From: Felis catus
Taxonomy: Eukaryota
Assembly (NCBI RefSeq): GCF_018350175.1
Contig: NC_058368.1
Span: 151,530,001-151,594,000 of the forward strand
Length of the DNA stretch: 64,000 bases
Direction of reading: 5' to 3'
A model generated the notes under the pieces. That model was given only the letters and a program-made list of their open reading frames with translations. It was not told the origin of the DNA and ran no database searches. The position numbers were made by a program, and so were the translations under genes. Position 1 is the stretch's first letter. Each line of letters begins with the position of its first letter. This document shows, one piece after another, positions 1 to 12,119 of the stretch.

Positions 1-741
1 CCCCATATTATACAATTGAAACTCAGTACCAGATTGTATGGCTGTTTAAATAAGGGGTGAGTAAGTGGATTTAGATAAAATAAGAAACAATGTGATCCTT
101 TGTACAAAATGTTTCTTAAATTCTTATGGTTCTCCTTGAAAGGAATTTCCCCCCAAACTCTGAAGATACATAGTTGGGTGTATTTGGAACTCAAAACATC
201 ATTTAGAAATAAAATCATGCTTATCAAAGAATATCGGTTGAAGTGTGTGTTTGCATGTGTATATACGTGTATGTTTGTGTGTGTGTTATATTTATATAAA
301 TGTGTGAGTGTGTGTTTGTGGTGATAAATAGGTGTGCCAAGGGGGCATTATAAAGATACTTCCCAATCCATTTAAAATAATTAAGAACTGGAGTTCTCAG
401 TGCTGGAGTTTATACGCACAAGTTTTACAGCCTGAGTAGTGTCCTCTTGTAACTGCAAGGGTTCCAGTTCTATTCCAATCTCTCCTGGCTGTGTTTCCTT
501 TGGGCCTGAAACTTGCATTGACAGAGAGCTGGTTAATATGACCCATAGGTGAGGTAAATAATTCCTTGCATCAACTGGGTTCTCAAGATAGTCAGATCAT
601 TCTGAGATGACACATGAGGGCTGACAGAGCTTTTGTGTTTACCAAATGGAGGTGAATTTAGCTAGAGCAAGAAGGGATAAGTTTGGATAGCAGCAAGTCA
701 GGGGCAGGAAGTACTCCTGAGCTCTGCTTCTTTAAGTTTTT

Positions 742-1026
742 TGTTTTTTGTTTTTTGTTTTGGATTTTTTTTTCAATATATGAAATTTATTGTCAAAATG
801 GTTTCCATACAACACCCAGTGCTCATCCCAAAAGGTGCCCTCCTCAATACCCATCACCCACCCCCCCTCCCTCCCACCCCCCATCAACCCTCAGTTTGTT
901 CTCAGTTTTTAAGAGTCTCTCATGCTTTGGCTCTCTCCCACTCTAACCTCTTTTTTTTTTTTTCCTTCCCCTCCCCCATGGGTTTCTGTCAAGTTTCTCA
1001 GGATCCACATAAGAGTGAAACCATAT
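742..1026 (-). mobile_element. 5'-truncated young felid LINE-1 (L1_Fc-like) 3' end
   Basis: Reverse complement of a carnivore L1 3' UTR (ttccatacaacacccagtgctcatcc...). T-rich tail at 742-773. Perfect 17-bp TSD tgcttctttaagttttt at 725-741 and 1027-1043. TT/AAAA endonuclease site on the minus strand. Confidence 0.92.
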
Positions 1027-3384
1027 TGCTTCTTTAAGTTTTTAAATGTCCATCTGAAGGCAAATTAAATCTCATAAATCCTGAAATTCAACAATATAAT
1101 AATAGTTGTTTTCACCAAAATCACAGTTATTAATTTACTGCATAATCCTAACCAGTACTCTTTAGTTCATTTTTGTGAAATAGCAGCTAAGTCATAAAAA
1201 CGCAAGTTCTTTGCTTTGTGTTTTAAATTGATGCTTGAAAATATGCTTGTGCTATGATTGTCTGCTGAAATTTCTTAAATTAATGTATTTCCTGAACTTA
1301 GATTTTAAAACTTTACAATATCAAAATTTTTAATAGAAAAAATACGTATTTTTAAAGAAAATAAGTAGGTAGGTCAATGTAAAGGCTTCTGTCACACTTT
1401 TTGAAAGTTTAATTCTTTGTCAATGTACCATTCTTCCTAAGAATAGAATACTAATAATCTCTGCCTGTAGAGGATCATGAACACTTGGTAGTTAATGAAA
1501 ACTAACTATGAAAAAAAAAAAAAACTAAATCCAACACTTTTTCCTATCTAATTATCTCAGCATAATTAACTGTTTGCTAGATTTAGCACCCAAATCATTT
1601 TTTTCTAAACTTAAATTTCATAATCCTTTTGATTACACAAACATGATAGTCTATCATATATGTGAACTAGACAGAGTGCATAAGGAATAATTAGGTTCCC
1701 CTTGGATTTCTTTCTTTAACTTTATCACCATGCCCCTAAACTTCAAATACAAATTTAAAATATTGCTTCATTTCAAACAATCATAGAATCATTATTTCTT
1801 CCTTCTCACTAAAATGCAGTGTCTAAAATGCATCTAAATAAAAACAAAGAAATCACACATCTGAAGATAGATAATTAGTGCTTTTGCTTGAGAAAGATTT
1901 ACCCATTCTCAAGATATGTTTCTGTGTCCACTGCAATCAGTGTTAATCATTTGGGTATCTCCAAACACTTGATCAGACATTCCCATTTTACCTCTAAAAG
2001 TATCAGTTTGAAATTCATCAGAAATTTTTAGTGTCAAGGAGCAAGTGCACAAACAGCCTAACATACTTTCTTCTTGACCACTAATGCAAGTATGATTAGA
2101 GCCATAGAAAAGGCCAGTAAATGAGAAAAATGCAAATGTTCATCATATTCCATTGCTGTTTTGACACAGCAATTAGATTTGTGCAGAACAGCAAGATTGT
2201 TCCAATTCTATTCTCCCAAACATAAGTCTTAAAAAAAGAGGTTACATTTGTGACTGTAGCTCGTGGAGCATCCAATCTGGCATCCTGAAAATCCATATGT
2301 AAGCCACACTTATATCTTAAACCTGTCAAACAAATAAATGTACAGAAGCAGTAATTTATGTACTTTATAGACTGTTTTGCCCTTTTAGAGCAAAAGCCTA
2401 ATTTTCAAGTGTTGCTATTTTAACTTCTGGCAGTGCCTGGGAGATAACTGAGGTTCAAAATGTGAATTTTACAAGTAAAATGTGATTCAAAAATTGATTT
2501 ACCCTGTTCTCACTACATGTGAGACAGAGAAGAGAAATGCTGGGTGTTTTTGAGCTTTAGGCAGGGGGAAACATATTGCTAAGTACAGAAGCCACGCAAA
2601 ACTTTGCGGGTTTTCAGTTTAGAAGTGAACTTGAGCCTTTCCCAGTTCAAGATCTGTTTAGGGCCGGCAAAACATGACTTTCTGATTCAAAGAAATAAGG
2701 CTTAAAAAGGCTTATAAAACAGGCTCACAGGCTTCTTGTACATCAAATAGCTCTTACACAATGGCATTTAGATGATTTAAGTGTAAATGAATCAAAGACA
2801 TATGGATTGCATTTCCCTTGAAATACGCATGGGTTTTAAAATGAAGGGAAAACATACTTGCCAAAATCCTTTTTGGGTTGTGCTGCATCAAAAACATTTG
2901 GAAATGACTTTAAATGTTTGGAAGAACCCCAGATACTGGGTTCAGTCACCCCTGGAGATTAAATCAGTGTCCTTCATCCAGTGATAACTAGGCCCCTGTT
3001 TTGCAAAGACATTTCTTAAAAATGTCAAGTCCCTAAACTGACACTCCTGAAAACTGACTTTTTTTGATGTTTGAATTGCTAATTCAATGATAGGGTCTTA
3101 TTATGGAGTCTTCCCCAGAGACTAGGAATCCATTTTGTGTTATTTAAGCCCAGAAGCACATTTCAATTTTGCCCAATTTCTTAAATGTGGTTAAAAATGT
3201 AAGTTCTTTCTGTTGTGGAGGTAAAAAATTAGTGGTTCTTGGAGTCCAAAAGGAAATCAAGTTTTGAGCTGAATGAAGGGGGATTATATGATCAAGAAGA
3301 TAAAAATGGAAAACTTGTTTTTTTTCTTGAAAATGTATTCAGGCACAAGTTCTGACATCATCTGACTGTTAGCATACTTCAGAA

Positions 3385-3437
3385 ATAAAAGGAAGGAAGG
3401 AGGGAGGGAGGGAGGAAAGAAAGGAAGGAAGGAAGAA
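3385..3437. repeat. (GGAA)n/(GGGA)n polypurine simple repeat
   Basis: ggaaggaaggagggagggagggaggaaagaaaggaaggaaggaag read directly. Confidence 0.85.
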
Positions 3438-4646
3438 AACTGGATGTTAAAATGTCTTTGGAGTTAAAAAGAGATTGTGAGAGAAATATAGAAATAAATT
3501 AGGTTTAACAGAAATGGGTAGTTTCATGAAAACAGCTATGCAGAAATAAGAACAAAACACCAAGTACAACAAATTAAAAAGACTGATGCACAGGCAGGTG
3601 ATATATTGAAATGAATGAAACATAGGTTGGCACAAATGATAAAGCATCAAGAGGAAGTAGAGAAGGGTGGTGGTGTATTGCTGGAAGAAAATGTGTTAGA
3701 TGTTAAAATCAAGAAAAAAGAAAAAAAAAAAAAAACATAGGACAATACCCAAAGTGACAGAAAGGCTGCAAAGGCACTTAGTAGTTAGGGGAAGAATAAT
3801 AAAAAGACCATCTAAAACATGTGAGAGACTGTTATTTAAGTCTGTGCAGCCGAATTTATATTAAAAATACTAGATCTGATTCCACATGCAGTTCTGATGT
3901 GAGAAGAAACAGCTTTCAAAATTGTTTAATGACCTCCTGATAGGAAGGTTAACAGGATTATCATGCGGTTCACTGGAGGATGGACAGCAACTCTCAGCGT
4001 GTCCCTCACTCAACGTGTGATTCCAATATTCTCCTTTACAGGGAAGTGTAAAATCATTGTGTTACTCAAAGACATTAGTCAGAAAGTTGGGATGCTTTTA
4101 ATGAGGGAAGTTGAACATAAAAGGGAAATGAGGAAAGGAAGAAAAGGAGTTTAAAACCTGCCTCTTTCAGCTTACTTCTGCCCTAACTATGGGGGTGTCT
4201 GGGGGACTGAACCTCTCAAGGTTTCGGTTTGCTGTGGTCTCCTCTCACTTCTGACCGGGCTGCTCACAGCCTGGCAGCTACTGTGACATTCCCTGCTTCT
4301 TACAGTTTATTGCTCCTCCATTCTGCTCTCCAGCCATTTTCTTGTCAAAGTGGGGAAGTATTCTCCATCTTCCTTTCTGTTGTGCAGACCACACAGTAAC
4401 ACTGCTTTGCATGGTCAGTGTCCTGTGGAGACTTTAATGAGAAGGGTCTCCATGATAGCCTCCTTTTGACAGTTGTGGTCTTAGCAGCAACTGGGTATGG
4501 GAGAGTCGGGATGGGGAAGGGAGGGAGGTATTCCAAAGAATACTCCATGAATACTCTTCAGTCATAGAATAACACAGATCATACCTTTTCTTTTTTGATG
4601 ACCCATTATTTTGCCCTAGACTTGGATTCTCTAACTCCCAAGAAAC

Positions 4647-5039
4647 TGTATTAGGGTAATTAGTGCCAGGTGCTATGACAAACAACCATAGAATCTTAGA
4701 GACTTTACCCAATAAAGGGTTTTCTTCTGGCTAATATCACAGTCTGTTGGCAGGCTTCCCACCCCATGATTCTGGAATCCCAATTCTTCTATCTTGTGGT
4801 GGGATCACCTTCTAGGGCATCTTCAGAGTCCACTGCTGTATTGTCTGTATTTAGGTGCCTGACCAGCAAAGAGTGAGGAAGATCACATGATGCATTTGAT
4901 GTCCATGACTGGAAGTGGTGAACATTACTTCCAGGACATGGCACCAGTCTAATTGCAGGGGATGCTGGAAAATTTATTTTTTCTAAGTACACAGGATGAA
5001 GAATTGTGATTTGTGAGCTTTTGGGCAGTCTTTGCTACA
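4647..5039 (-). mobile_element. Old MaLR solo LTR (MLT1J/K/L-like)
   Basis: TG...CA ends (tgtattagg ... tttgctaca) and diverged MLT1 motifs (gctatgacaaacaacc, ggaagtggtgaacattacttcc, aattgcaggggatgctggaaaat). Confidence 0.65.
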
Positions 5040-5689
5040 GTGACCAAGGGGCTTTTTCTTCTCTAAAGCAAATTATTCCTTAATGGGGTCTGTCTTCTCA
5101 GCTTTTGCCATGTGTTCAGATATGTCTGAGTTTATGAACATTATTTAATGTAGAAACTGAGATAGAATATTTAAATATACATAGCTAATAAATGAAATAA
5201 CTTGAATGTAACTCAAATTTTCCTGAATCTCAAGTTATAATCTCCCCCTAAATTTTATACTTCGGGGCACGGCAATAGCGATGAGATCAGCTTGGGAGGG
5301 AAATTACTCCTGTGCTTTGCACTCCTGAAGCCCTCTGAGATATCAGAAACTCTCTAGCATCAAAGATTTGTTACAGGTAGATATGTTACTATAAGATTCA
5401 TTACTCAGTTTGCTACTATAGCTAAGGTATTTCAGGGTAATGCTTGTAGAAGAAATCCTGAGGTTGATATTGGCTCATACTGGTGGGAGAGTGAAAAACA
5501 CTGGGAGAGAGGGAACGCCCTCACCTCATTCTCCAAATTGGGCGCAGTAAGATGGCCCTGTCCAATGGCCTCAGAAAATATCTTTAATTGCCTCTCTTTT
5601 GACCAGAAAGCTGAAGCAAAATGTCAAGTGCAGACCATTGAGAAAGAAAGACAATATATGGGATTGAACCTGGATTTCAGTGTTGCCCT

Positions 5690-5865
5690 TAAATTGTAGT
5701 TTTGCTTTTTAGCAGTTGTGTGAGTATGGATTCATTACTTCAACTCACAGAGCTTCTGTTTTCTTGTTAGGAAAATGGGGGTAGTGAAACTTAACTCTCA
5801 AGGCAGTAAGGATTAAAAAAGTTAGCAAGGGTACTATGCCTAACAAATAGGAGACACTGCAACTA
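5690..5865 (+). mobile_element. MIR SINE fragment
   Basis: MIR core-like sequence: agttgtgtgagtatggattcattacttcaactcacagagcttctgttttcttgttaggaaaatggggg. Confidence 0.6.
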
Positions 5866-5984
5866 AGGGTTATTCCATTTTCCCTTTTTATTCTCTTTCA
5901 AAAATGCGACATCAAGGGGAGGCATCATGGTGCAAAGATAATTATTCTGGATGCTGTGGAAAACTGAAGAGGCAAAATGGTAAA

Positions 5985-6300
5985 TTTATTCATTCATTTA
6001 TCATTAATAAATTTTAATCCGCTTTTTCATTCACGTATCCATTCATCCATTCATTCACTAGTTAATTCATTCTTTCATACATTCAGCAAATACATACTTA
6101 CTGTGGTAAAACACTGTGGTAAACATTGGGGAAACCAAAAAATAGCCTGAACCCTGTTCTCAGGATCTGTGTCTTCTAGTGGAGAAGGAGACAGGCATAT
6201 GTGCATGTCATGGAAATTATAAGGTGGAGCGTGATAAATGACATAAACAGTTTAATATTAAGTACCGTGGTGGTGCAAAAAGGAAGGATAGAGTGGGGAA
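5985..6300 (-). mobile_element. LINE-2 3' fragment
   Basis: (TTCA)n tail followed by cattcagcaaatacatacttactgtgg...aacattgggga...gtcttctagtggaga, the typical antisense L2 3' end. Confidence 0.6.
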
Positions 6301-6845
6301 TGTGAAAAGCATTTTGTGTTGGGATTTGACTATTGGTGGCTCTGGAATTTCTGAATAAGAGAAATTATAAAACTTTTGTTTGAGTATAGTTGACACAATG
6401 TTACATTAGTTTCAGGTGCACAACATAGTGATTCAACTTCTATATGTTATGCTATGCTTACAATAAGAGTAGCTACCATCTGTCCCATTACATCACTATT
6501 ACTGTATCATTGACTGTATTCTCTGTGCTGTGCCTTTTATTCCTGTACCTTGTTCATTCCATAATTGGAAGCCTTATCTCCCATTCCCCTTTACCCATTC
6601 TGCCCATTCCCCCATGCTTCTACGCTCTGACAAGCATCAGTTTGTTCTTTGTATTTATAGGTCTGGTTATGCCTTTTTTGTTTCATCATTTGTATTTTAG
6701 ATTCCACATGAGTGGAATCATGTGGTATTTGTATTTCTTGGTCTGACTTATTTATCTTAGTATACTACCCTCTAGGTCCATCCTTGTTGACACATAAGGT
6801 CCTATAGGCCCATCTGTGTTGTTACAAATTATAAAATGCTCATCC

Positions 6846-7087
6846 TTTTTTTAAAATTTTTTTTAAAATTTTTATTTATTTTTGAGAGAGAGAGAGCGCG
6901 CGCGCGCGCGCGCGCGCGCGCATGAGTGGGGGAGGGGCAGAGAGAGAGGGAGACAGTGAATCGGAAGCAGGCTCCAGGCTCTGAGCTGTCAGCACAGAGC
7001 CTGACGCGGGGCTCGAACTCACAAGCTGTGAGATCATGACCTGAGCCAAAGTCGGATGCTCAACTGACTGAGCCACCCAGGCGCCCC
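6846..7087 (-). mobile_element. Can-SINE (feliform SINEC_Fc-like), full length, nested in L1
   Basis: Ends in gagccacccaggcgcccc (reverse complement of the SINEC 5' end), has the B-box region (gctcgaact) and (GA)n and T-rich tails. TSD aaaatgctcatc at 6833-6844 and 7088-7099. Confidence 0.95.
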
Positions 7088-7131
7088 AAAATGCTCATCT
7101 TTTCTGTGGCTTTGTAATATTCCTCTGTGTT

Positions 7132-7133
<2 letters not shown>

Positions 7134-7174
<41 letters not shown>

Positions 7175-7198
7175 TGCATGCGCATGTGTGTGTGAGTG
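7134..7198. repeat. (GT)17 microsatellite with an imperfect extension
   Basis: Perfect (GT)17 at 7134-7167, read directly. Confidence 0.95.
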
Positions 7199-7833
7199 CA
7201 TACTACATCTTTATTCATGTATCAGTGGACACTTGGGTTGCTTCCATATCTTGGCTATTGCAAATAATGTTTCAGTAAATATAAGGGTGCATAAATCTTT
7301 TCAAATTAGTGTTTTTATTTTCCTTGGGTAAAAATTGTAAAATTATTGGATCATATGGTATTTTTAATTTTTTGAGAAAACTCCATACTGTTTTCCACAG
7401 TGGCTGTACCAGTTTACATTCCCACCAACAGAGCACAAAGGTTCCTTATTCTCCACATCCTTACCAACACTTGTTATTTCTTATCTTTTTGATTTTAGCC
7501 ATTCTGATAGATAATAAGGGGAAATCTCACTGTGTTTTGGATTTGCATTTCCCTAATGATGAATGATGTTTAACATATTTTAATATGTTTATTGGACATC
7601 TGTATGTCTACTTTGAAAAAATGTCTATTTATGTCCTCTGCCCATTTTTTAATTGGATTGTTATTTTGGTATCAAGTTATATAAGATTGGCAGAAGCAAT
7701 GCTATTTCTTTTGAAGCTATGTTTGAATAGCAAGAACACCAAATTTTCTTAGGCTATGTATTACAAAAAATAAAGAGAACTCAATTTTCAAAGATGGTTT
7801 TATTCACATTTTTTCTTATAAAAATTACAATCG

Positions 7834-7964
7834 TTTTTTTAAAATAGTAGATTCCATGTCCAGCATGCAGCTCAACTCAGAGCTTGAACTCAGGGCCCTG
7901 AGATCAAGACCTGAGCTGAGATCAAGATTTGGATGCTCAACTGTCTGAGCCACCCAGGCAACCC
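7834..7964 (-). mobile_element. Short, older Can-SINE
   Basis: agcttgaactcagggccctgagatcaagacctgagctgagatcaag...ctgagccacccaggca. Degenerate TSD tataaaaattacaatc / tacaaaaattaaaatc. Confidence 0.85.
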
Positions 7965-8050
7965 TACAAAAATTAAAATCTTATAAAACTTTTTTTTTTC
8001 TCCTTATTTGCTGAAAAAATAATAATTTTTGGCTAGGTTACTTAAGGGGT

Positions 8051-8428
8051 TATGTTAGCTTGGGCTGCCATATCAAAATACTATAGACTGGGTGACTTAC
8101 ACAGCAGAAATGTATTTCTCACAGTTCTGGAGGCTGGATGTCCAAGATCAGGTTGCCAGCATGGTTGGACTCTGGTGACGGCTGTTTTCCTGGTTTGCAG
8201 ATGACTGCCTTCTCAAACTGTCCTTAAATAGCAGAGAAACAGCTCTGATGTCTCTTCCTCTTCTTAAAAGAGCAAGAGTTCTACTGGATTAGGGCTCGAC
8301 CCTTATGACCTCTTTTAACTTTAATCACCTTCTTAAAGGCTCCATCTCCAGATATACTCACATTGGTGATTAGGGCTTCAACATATAAATTGGTGGTTGG
8401 AGGGAGGAACACAATTCAGTCCACAGCA
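8051..8428 (-). mobile_element. MaLR solo LTR (MLT1A/B-like)
   Basis: Canonical antisense MLT1 text (gggctgccatatcaaaatactatagactgggtgactta...tttctcacagttctggaggctgg...acacaattcagtccacagca). 5-bp TSD ggggt/ggagt. Confidence 0.9.
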
Positions 8429-10611
8429 GGAGTGGACAGAACCTCACCTCTTAGTGCTCTCTGCCTCGGAAACATGAGTGTTATTCCCTTTGAGAACAGA
8501 CTGGAGAGGTAATAGCACAATCTTCTTTACCAAGTAGTATCTCAGAGTTGTCACACTTAAAAAGCTCAGATGTATAGTTCCAGTATGATTTGCATACTTG
8601 TCAAAGGGAGTTATCTATTTGAAATAGAAGTAATTGACTCTATTCCTCCCTTTGAGGTAAATGTGTAAAGATTCTCTAGGGATAAAATAACAATTTTGTC
8701 ATTTTCCAATTGCTGGTTTTGTAGAAAGTCCACACAACTTTTTATAGACTAATAAATAATTTTACATTTTTGGATTTTGTTTTTTTTTCTTGCAGGTCTT
8801 AGAGATTTTTGAGCCTATACAATTTAACCATGATTAATGGCATATTTCTCAAAGACCAACATGCATGGCTTATAGCAATAAAAATAATCACTTTTAGTTG
8901 ACCAAGTAGATAGGAACAATCTGAACTTTTACAAATCAAGAGTTAACTTCAAAGAGGTGCTACTTTTCCAAATAAACCACCTATTTGGTAAAACTTTTGA
9001 CAATAAAATATGAAAAGGGGTTCCAGTTATTTTCTTTAATTCATGTATCATGAGTTTAACTCATGTGTATTATTAACTCATGTATCATGATTAAAATTCT
9101 GCTTTGTAATTCACATTCAGTTATCACTCTCCTTGTTTTATATTGAATACAGCTATGCTGTGCTATAAAAAGATACTTTAGACAGGAATATCTGTTGGTT
9201 TTAGACTGTTTGTTTTTGTGTCCCCTCAGTCACAACCATCCCCTGGGAAATGATGGCCCTTGGGAAATCACATGGTGTGTCCTCTTTCCTCTAGTTTGGC
9301 ATCTTCATGCAACTGAAAGGATGTTCCACTGAGCACTGATGACTCTGGAGAGAGAAAAGAAATCACAAATGGGCCAAATGCAGCTTAAGAGTTTTGTGCA
9401 GAAGGAGGGGCAGGGTCAAGAGGGTACTTTGTGAAAATTAGGAAGAAGGTACAGTTTCCCTTGGGTGGACACAGCCAACCCCATGCCAGGGTATGTGGTT
9501 TGGCAAATAGAGTAAAGTCTGCATTTAGTTCCCATTTCCCCTTTTAGGTGGGCAACTGCCTACAGTGGTCTTGGGCAGGGCCAAGTTAAAGCCTAAACTA
9601 AGGGATCAGCTTCTAACAGTACCTCCTATTATATTTTGCACACAGTAAATAGTTGGGAGATGATAGTTATGAATGAATAGTATAATCATTATATTTGAAC
9701 AGTACCCAATTGTTTGTGGAAGACCATATCCCAGAATAAGTCACAAGTCCAGCTTCTAAAGGTTTTCTATTAATCTGGCAGAAAGGCATTTATAAGTAGC
9801 ATAGTAAATTTATAATATTCTCCTCTTGAAAAAGATGAATGATAATTCTAGAAAAAAAGAAAAGGAATCAGTGTTATTTAGTCCATTTTCTGATCTGTGG
9901 AAGTAAATTTGGATTTGGGATTGCCTGCCTTTTTGTGTGAAATAAAATGATATTTTTCCTTTCTGAAGTCAGTTAACAAGTCTGTGTGCAAAACCAGAGG
10001 CTGAGATGACTAGTGAAGGCCCTTTTACTCTTAGAGAATTCTTCAACAACTATAGGGACAAGTTGCAGTGTTTGCTTAAAGGAAGACACAATTGTTTTCT
10101 TCTCAGATCTAGCACTGGCTACATAACATTCAGAGTCCCCACTGTACAATGATAATGTGGGGGCCAGCAGGATGAGGAAGGTAGTTTCCCCTTTGCTCAA
10201 ATGAATGGGCACCCTCCAAGGGACACAACCTCTATGGTGATATATACTTTGTATCTGAGGTGGGCAAGAAGCCCTCTCCCAAACCTGGCCAAACAGCCCA
10301 GGGCCCTGCCAGCAAGGGGAAGGGTGGGTCACCTACTGTCCCAACTTGAGATGTTGTGGGCAAGGGCTGGCCTCTCTGTATTCAAGCCAAAATCCCAGCC
10401 AAGGAGAATCATAAGAAACAATTTTCACATTGGCCTAAAGAATCTCATTTCACCAGGGCTGGAAGGGAGGAAAAGGTGATACAGACAAAGGTTACTGCCT
10501 GAAAGAAAAGCACAGTGTGGAAACCCAGGCTTAAGGAATACTGGTCAACAGAGGGCTCTGCTGATTGGGAAGGAGATCGTGAGGGTGGTTGAAGAGAAGT
10601 CGAGAATGACA

Positions 10612-10745
10612 TTCTTTCATTCAGTAATCATTTTTAAGTGCCTACTATGTCTCAGGCCCTGTGCTAAAGCTGCTGATATAATGTTGAGCAAAATCAGATG
10701 TGTTCTTTATTCTTATGGGGCTTTCCCCAAGTGAAAAAATTAGGG
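10612..10745 (-). mobile_element. LINE-2 3' fragment
   Basis: ttcattcagtaatcatttttaagtgcctactatgtctcaggccctgtgctaaagctgctgata. Confidence 0.65.
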
Positions 10746-11147
10746 TCCAACTGAGGAGGTTCCTGAATGTCATTTGCATTCAGGGTTTCTCTGTAGACCT
10801 GAAAATCTCTCAAGTCAGAAATGTTTATCTTTGTCTCCTACAGCCCCTACTGCTGCCACCTGTAAGTTTAAATTCTTTCTTTCTTTAAAAAAATTATCTT
10901 TTTCTACACTGTGCTTATTACATTGGTCCCTATTTCTCCAATATTAAGGAATAACATGTTTATTTTTTAAATTTATTTTTTAAAAAAATTTTCCTGCTTC
11001 CCACTCTTTATTGTGAATAATAGTGAAGACAGGAATGTGTTACTGAGGAAATCTGTGCCAGAGGTCACTTGTAGTTTTGTTGATTGGAATTCAAAGCATA
11101 TTACCCACTGTTAAATTTTGCTAGCCAGCATCCAGGAACATATTTAG

Positions 11148-11149
<2 letters not shown>

Positions 11150-11200
<51 letters not shown>
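11150..11200. repeat. (TA)25 perfect microsatellite
   Basis: Read directly. Confidence 0.97.
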
Positions 11201-11203
<3 letters not shown>

Positions 11204-11699
11204 TGCAGTAAATACTATAGAATATAAATACCACATGGGAGACTTTTTATGGTAAAATTCACTCAAGAAATTCTGAGATAATAACATATGTGACTTACTA
11301 GGGACAAGTCTTTCCTGGTATAATGATAGAAGGGACTCCTTTTAGGTCACTTTCTACAACATGTCAGGGCTGCTATCTAAAGTGAAGAGTGGGAGCTAAG
11401 ATTAACCCTAAGGTATAGATGTGGGATGAGTGAGGAACAGAGGGGGAATATATAAAGCAGGAGGAGGGCAGAGAACAGGCTTGTGGGGTGGGTGTGGAAG
11501 GTACAGAAGTGGGAAATTGTGGGCAACCAGAAGACAGTGGGTACCTGAAGCATGACAGAGGTAAGGACCAAGAAATGGGGAAAAAAGAGAATAAATTAGG
11601 AGGAAAAGGGCCAACTTGGTCTTATTTTCTTTCCCTGCAGTACTAACATTCTACCCAACTAATGAAAGCCATTTTGGAACCATAGTAATTGGGTAACAG

Positions 11700-11900
11700 A
11701 AGTATAGCAGAATGAAGGATCAACAGTCTGAAGGTTAAGCGGTAAACCCCAGTCGTTCCATTTACCAGTTGTGTGGCCTTGGGTAAGTTGTTTTACTTCT
11801 CTGAGCTCTGGCTCCCTGTCTAAAAAGTGGGTGATACTAAGGGGCTCAGACTTACACGGTTATTTTAAGGAATAAAGGAGGCTATGTGTGCAGAATATAG
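11700..11900 (+). mobile_element. MIR SINE
   Basis: ccatttaccagttgtgtggccttgggtaagttgttttacttctctgagctctggctccctgtctaaaaagtggg. Confidence 0.7.
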
Positions 11901-12119
11901 AATGTAAGCTTGACACAGGTAGAGAGTTTGCCTTGATCAATGCTGAATTCCCAGTGCTTAAGACAGTTCCTGGCACTCTTAATTCTTCAAACAATTAATG
12001 AATAAATAGGAAGAGATTTGTAAGTGGGGTGGCATTTAAAAATGCCTGATCCATGGGTTGTCTGCAGCTGATTAAACTACTCTAAAATGTGGTTACAAAA
12101 AGTGACGTTTCTCAAAGAA

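Larger units (their letters stand above)
6375..7685 (-). mobile_element. Carnivore LINE-1 3' portion (3' UTR plus ORF2 end), interrupted by a SINE and a (GT)n
   Basis: Antisense L1 3' UTR (gtatagttgacacaatgttacattagtttcaggtgcacaacatagtgattcaac) and antisense ORF2 end (ctccatactgttttccacagtggctgtaccagtttacattcccaccaacag). Confidence 0.9.

Noticed and set aside
683..1037. ORFs of 87 aa and 98 aa
   Set aside because: Antisense translations of an L1 3' UTR and its T-rich tail.
6444..7566. ORFs at 6444, 6876, 7134 and 7309
   Set aside because: Translations of antisense L1, SINEC (MAQSVEHPTLAQVMIS...) and (GT)n, all common repeat-derived artefacts.
9973..10479. Overlapping ORFs of 119 aa and 92 aa
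   Set aside because: No recognisable protein and no convincing splice boundaries. The GC-richer patch looks like a decayed LTR whose family I cannot assign.
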